From contig JBHGNT010000005.1 of the NCBI GenBank assembly GCA_043228905.1, forward strand, positions 9,796,001 to 9,860,000: a DNA stretch of 64,000 nt, in the 5' to 3' direction. The notes under the pieces are model-generated. The model ran no database searches, was not told where the DNA came from, and was given only the letters and a program-made list of their open reading frames with translations. Of the stretch, positions 63,575-64,000 are shown one piece after another. Both the position numbers and the translations under genes were made by a program. Position 1 is the stretch's first letter, and each line of letters begins with the position of its first letter. The stretch is from Azolla caroliniana (Eukaryota; Plantae; Polypodiophyta).

Positions 63575-64000
63575 AGAGATAGTGTAAGAGGAACGTGCGT
63601 AGACACGGGCACAGACAGATATGCTAAGAATAACTTGCGTTAGATGGATAAGCTTCTATTAATCAACATATGTGCGTGGCGTTGTGGGTGATTACAACCA
63701 GATCAGTGCCGATGTTTGAGCTTAGGCTCTACAGTAGTCAGATACGAAGATGAGTGGGCAGACAAAAGGTCGATCCCCTGGTTGGGAGCACTCGGGCGTC
63801 TGACGCGAGCAGGCGAAGCGTCGTCTGGTGGCACGTCGTAGGATTCCTCGTCTTCTTTGGTCTCTGTTTCCCTTCTCCTCTCTCTTTTTCTCCGTCTCTT
63901 TCCTCTTTCTCTCTAAAAAATGACATCCCATGAGCAGTTAAAGGTCGCCCCTTTTATAGCAAAAGGAGCGACCGTTACAAAGCATTCATGACTTGTCGTT

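Larger units (their letters stand above)
50707..64000 (-). mobile_element. Degenerate Ty3/Gypsy element, tRNA-Trp primed (non-chromovirus, possibly Phygy-like), with two nested insertions; 5' LTR runs off the window
   Basis: 3' LTR 50707-51488; PPT from 51489; integrase 51708..52835; RNase H 52866..53535; RT 58813..59658 (PFLDDIPIKG); protease in 60325..61458 (ALIDHG); gag 61666..62420; PBS TTCACGTCGGGTTCATCA at 62443-62460; 5' LTR from 62465. Confidence 0.92.

Noticed and set aside
1-64000. Naming the species or calling the region centromeric
   Set aside because: The lineage mix suggests a moss, but no satellite or diagnostic marker is visible; database and CENH3 data are needed.

Overview
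Eukaryotic, almost certainly plant, heterochromatin. A bryophyte (moss) origin is inferred from the mix of retroelement lineages and is not proven. I found no host gene, rRNA, CRISPR array or intact tRNA gene; nearly the whole window is a stack of nested transposons. Contents: (i) at least 11 Ty1/Copia copies or fragments in two groups, a Tnt1/Tork-like group including one element with an intact 1357-aa gag-pol at 16676-21997, and a second group whose Pol runs past a duplicated PPT into an extra charged tail; (ii) two chromovirus-type Ty3/Gypsy remnants; (iii) a tRNA-Trp-primed Gypsy group with 4-bp TSDs, present as a degenerate autonomous-type copy, a gag-only non-autonomous copy and a solo LTR, all three inserted after CACG(T/G); (iv) two RTE-like LINE remnants; (v) a 973-bp TIR DNA element with a 4-bp TSD; (vi) a small microsatellite-embedded unit made of two convergent tRNA-like heads. 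LTR ends, PBS, PPT and TSDs were read by eye, and lineage names are inferences that need database confirmation.
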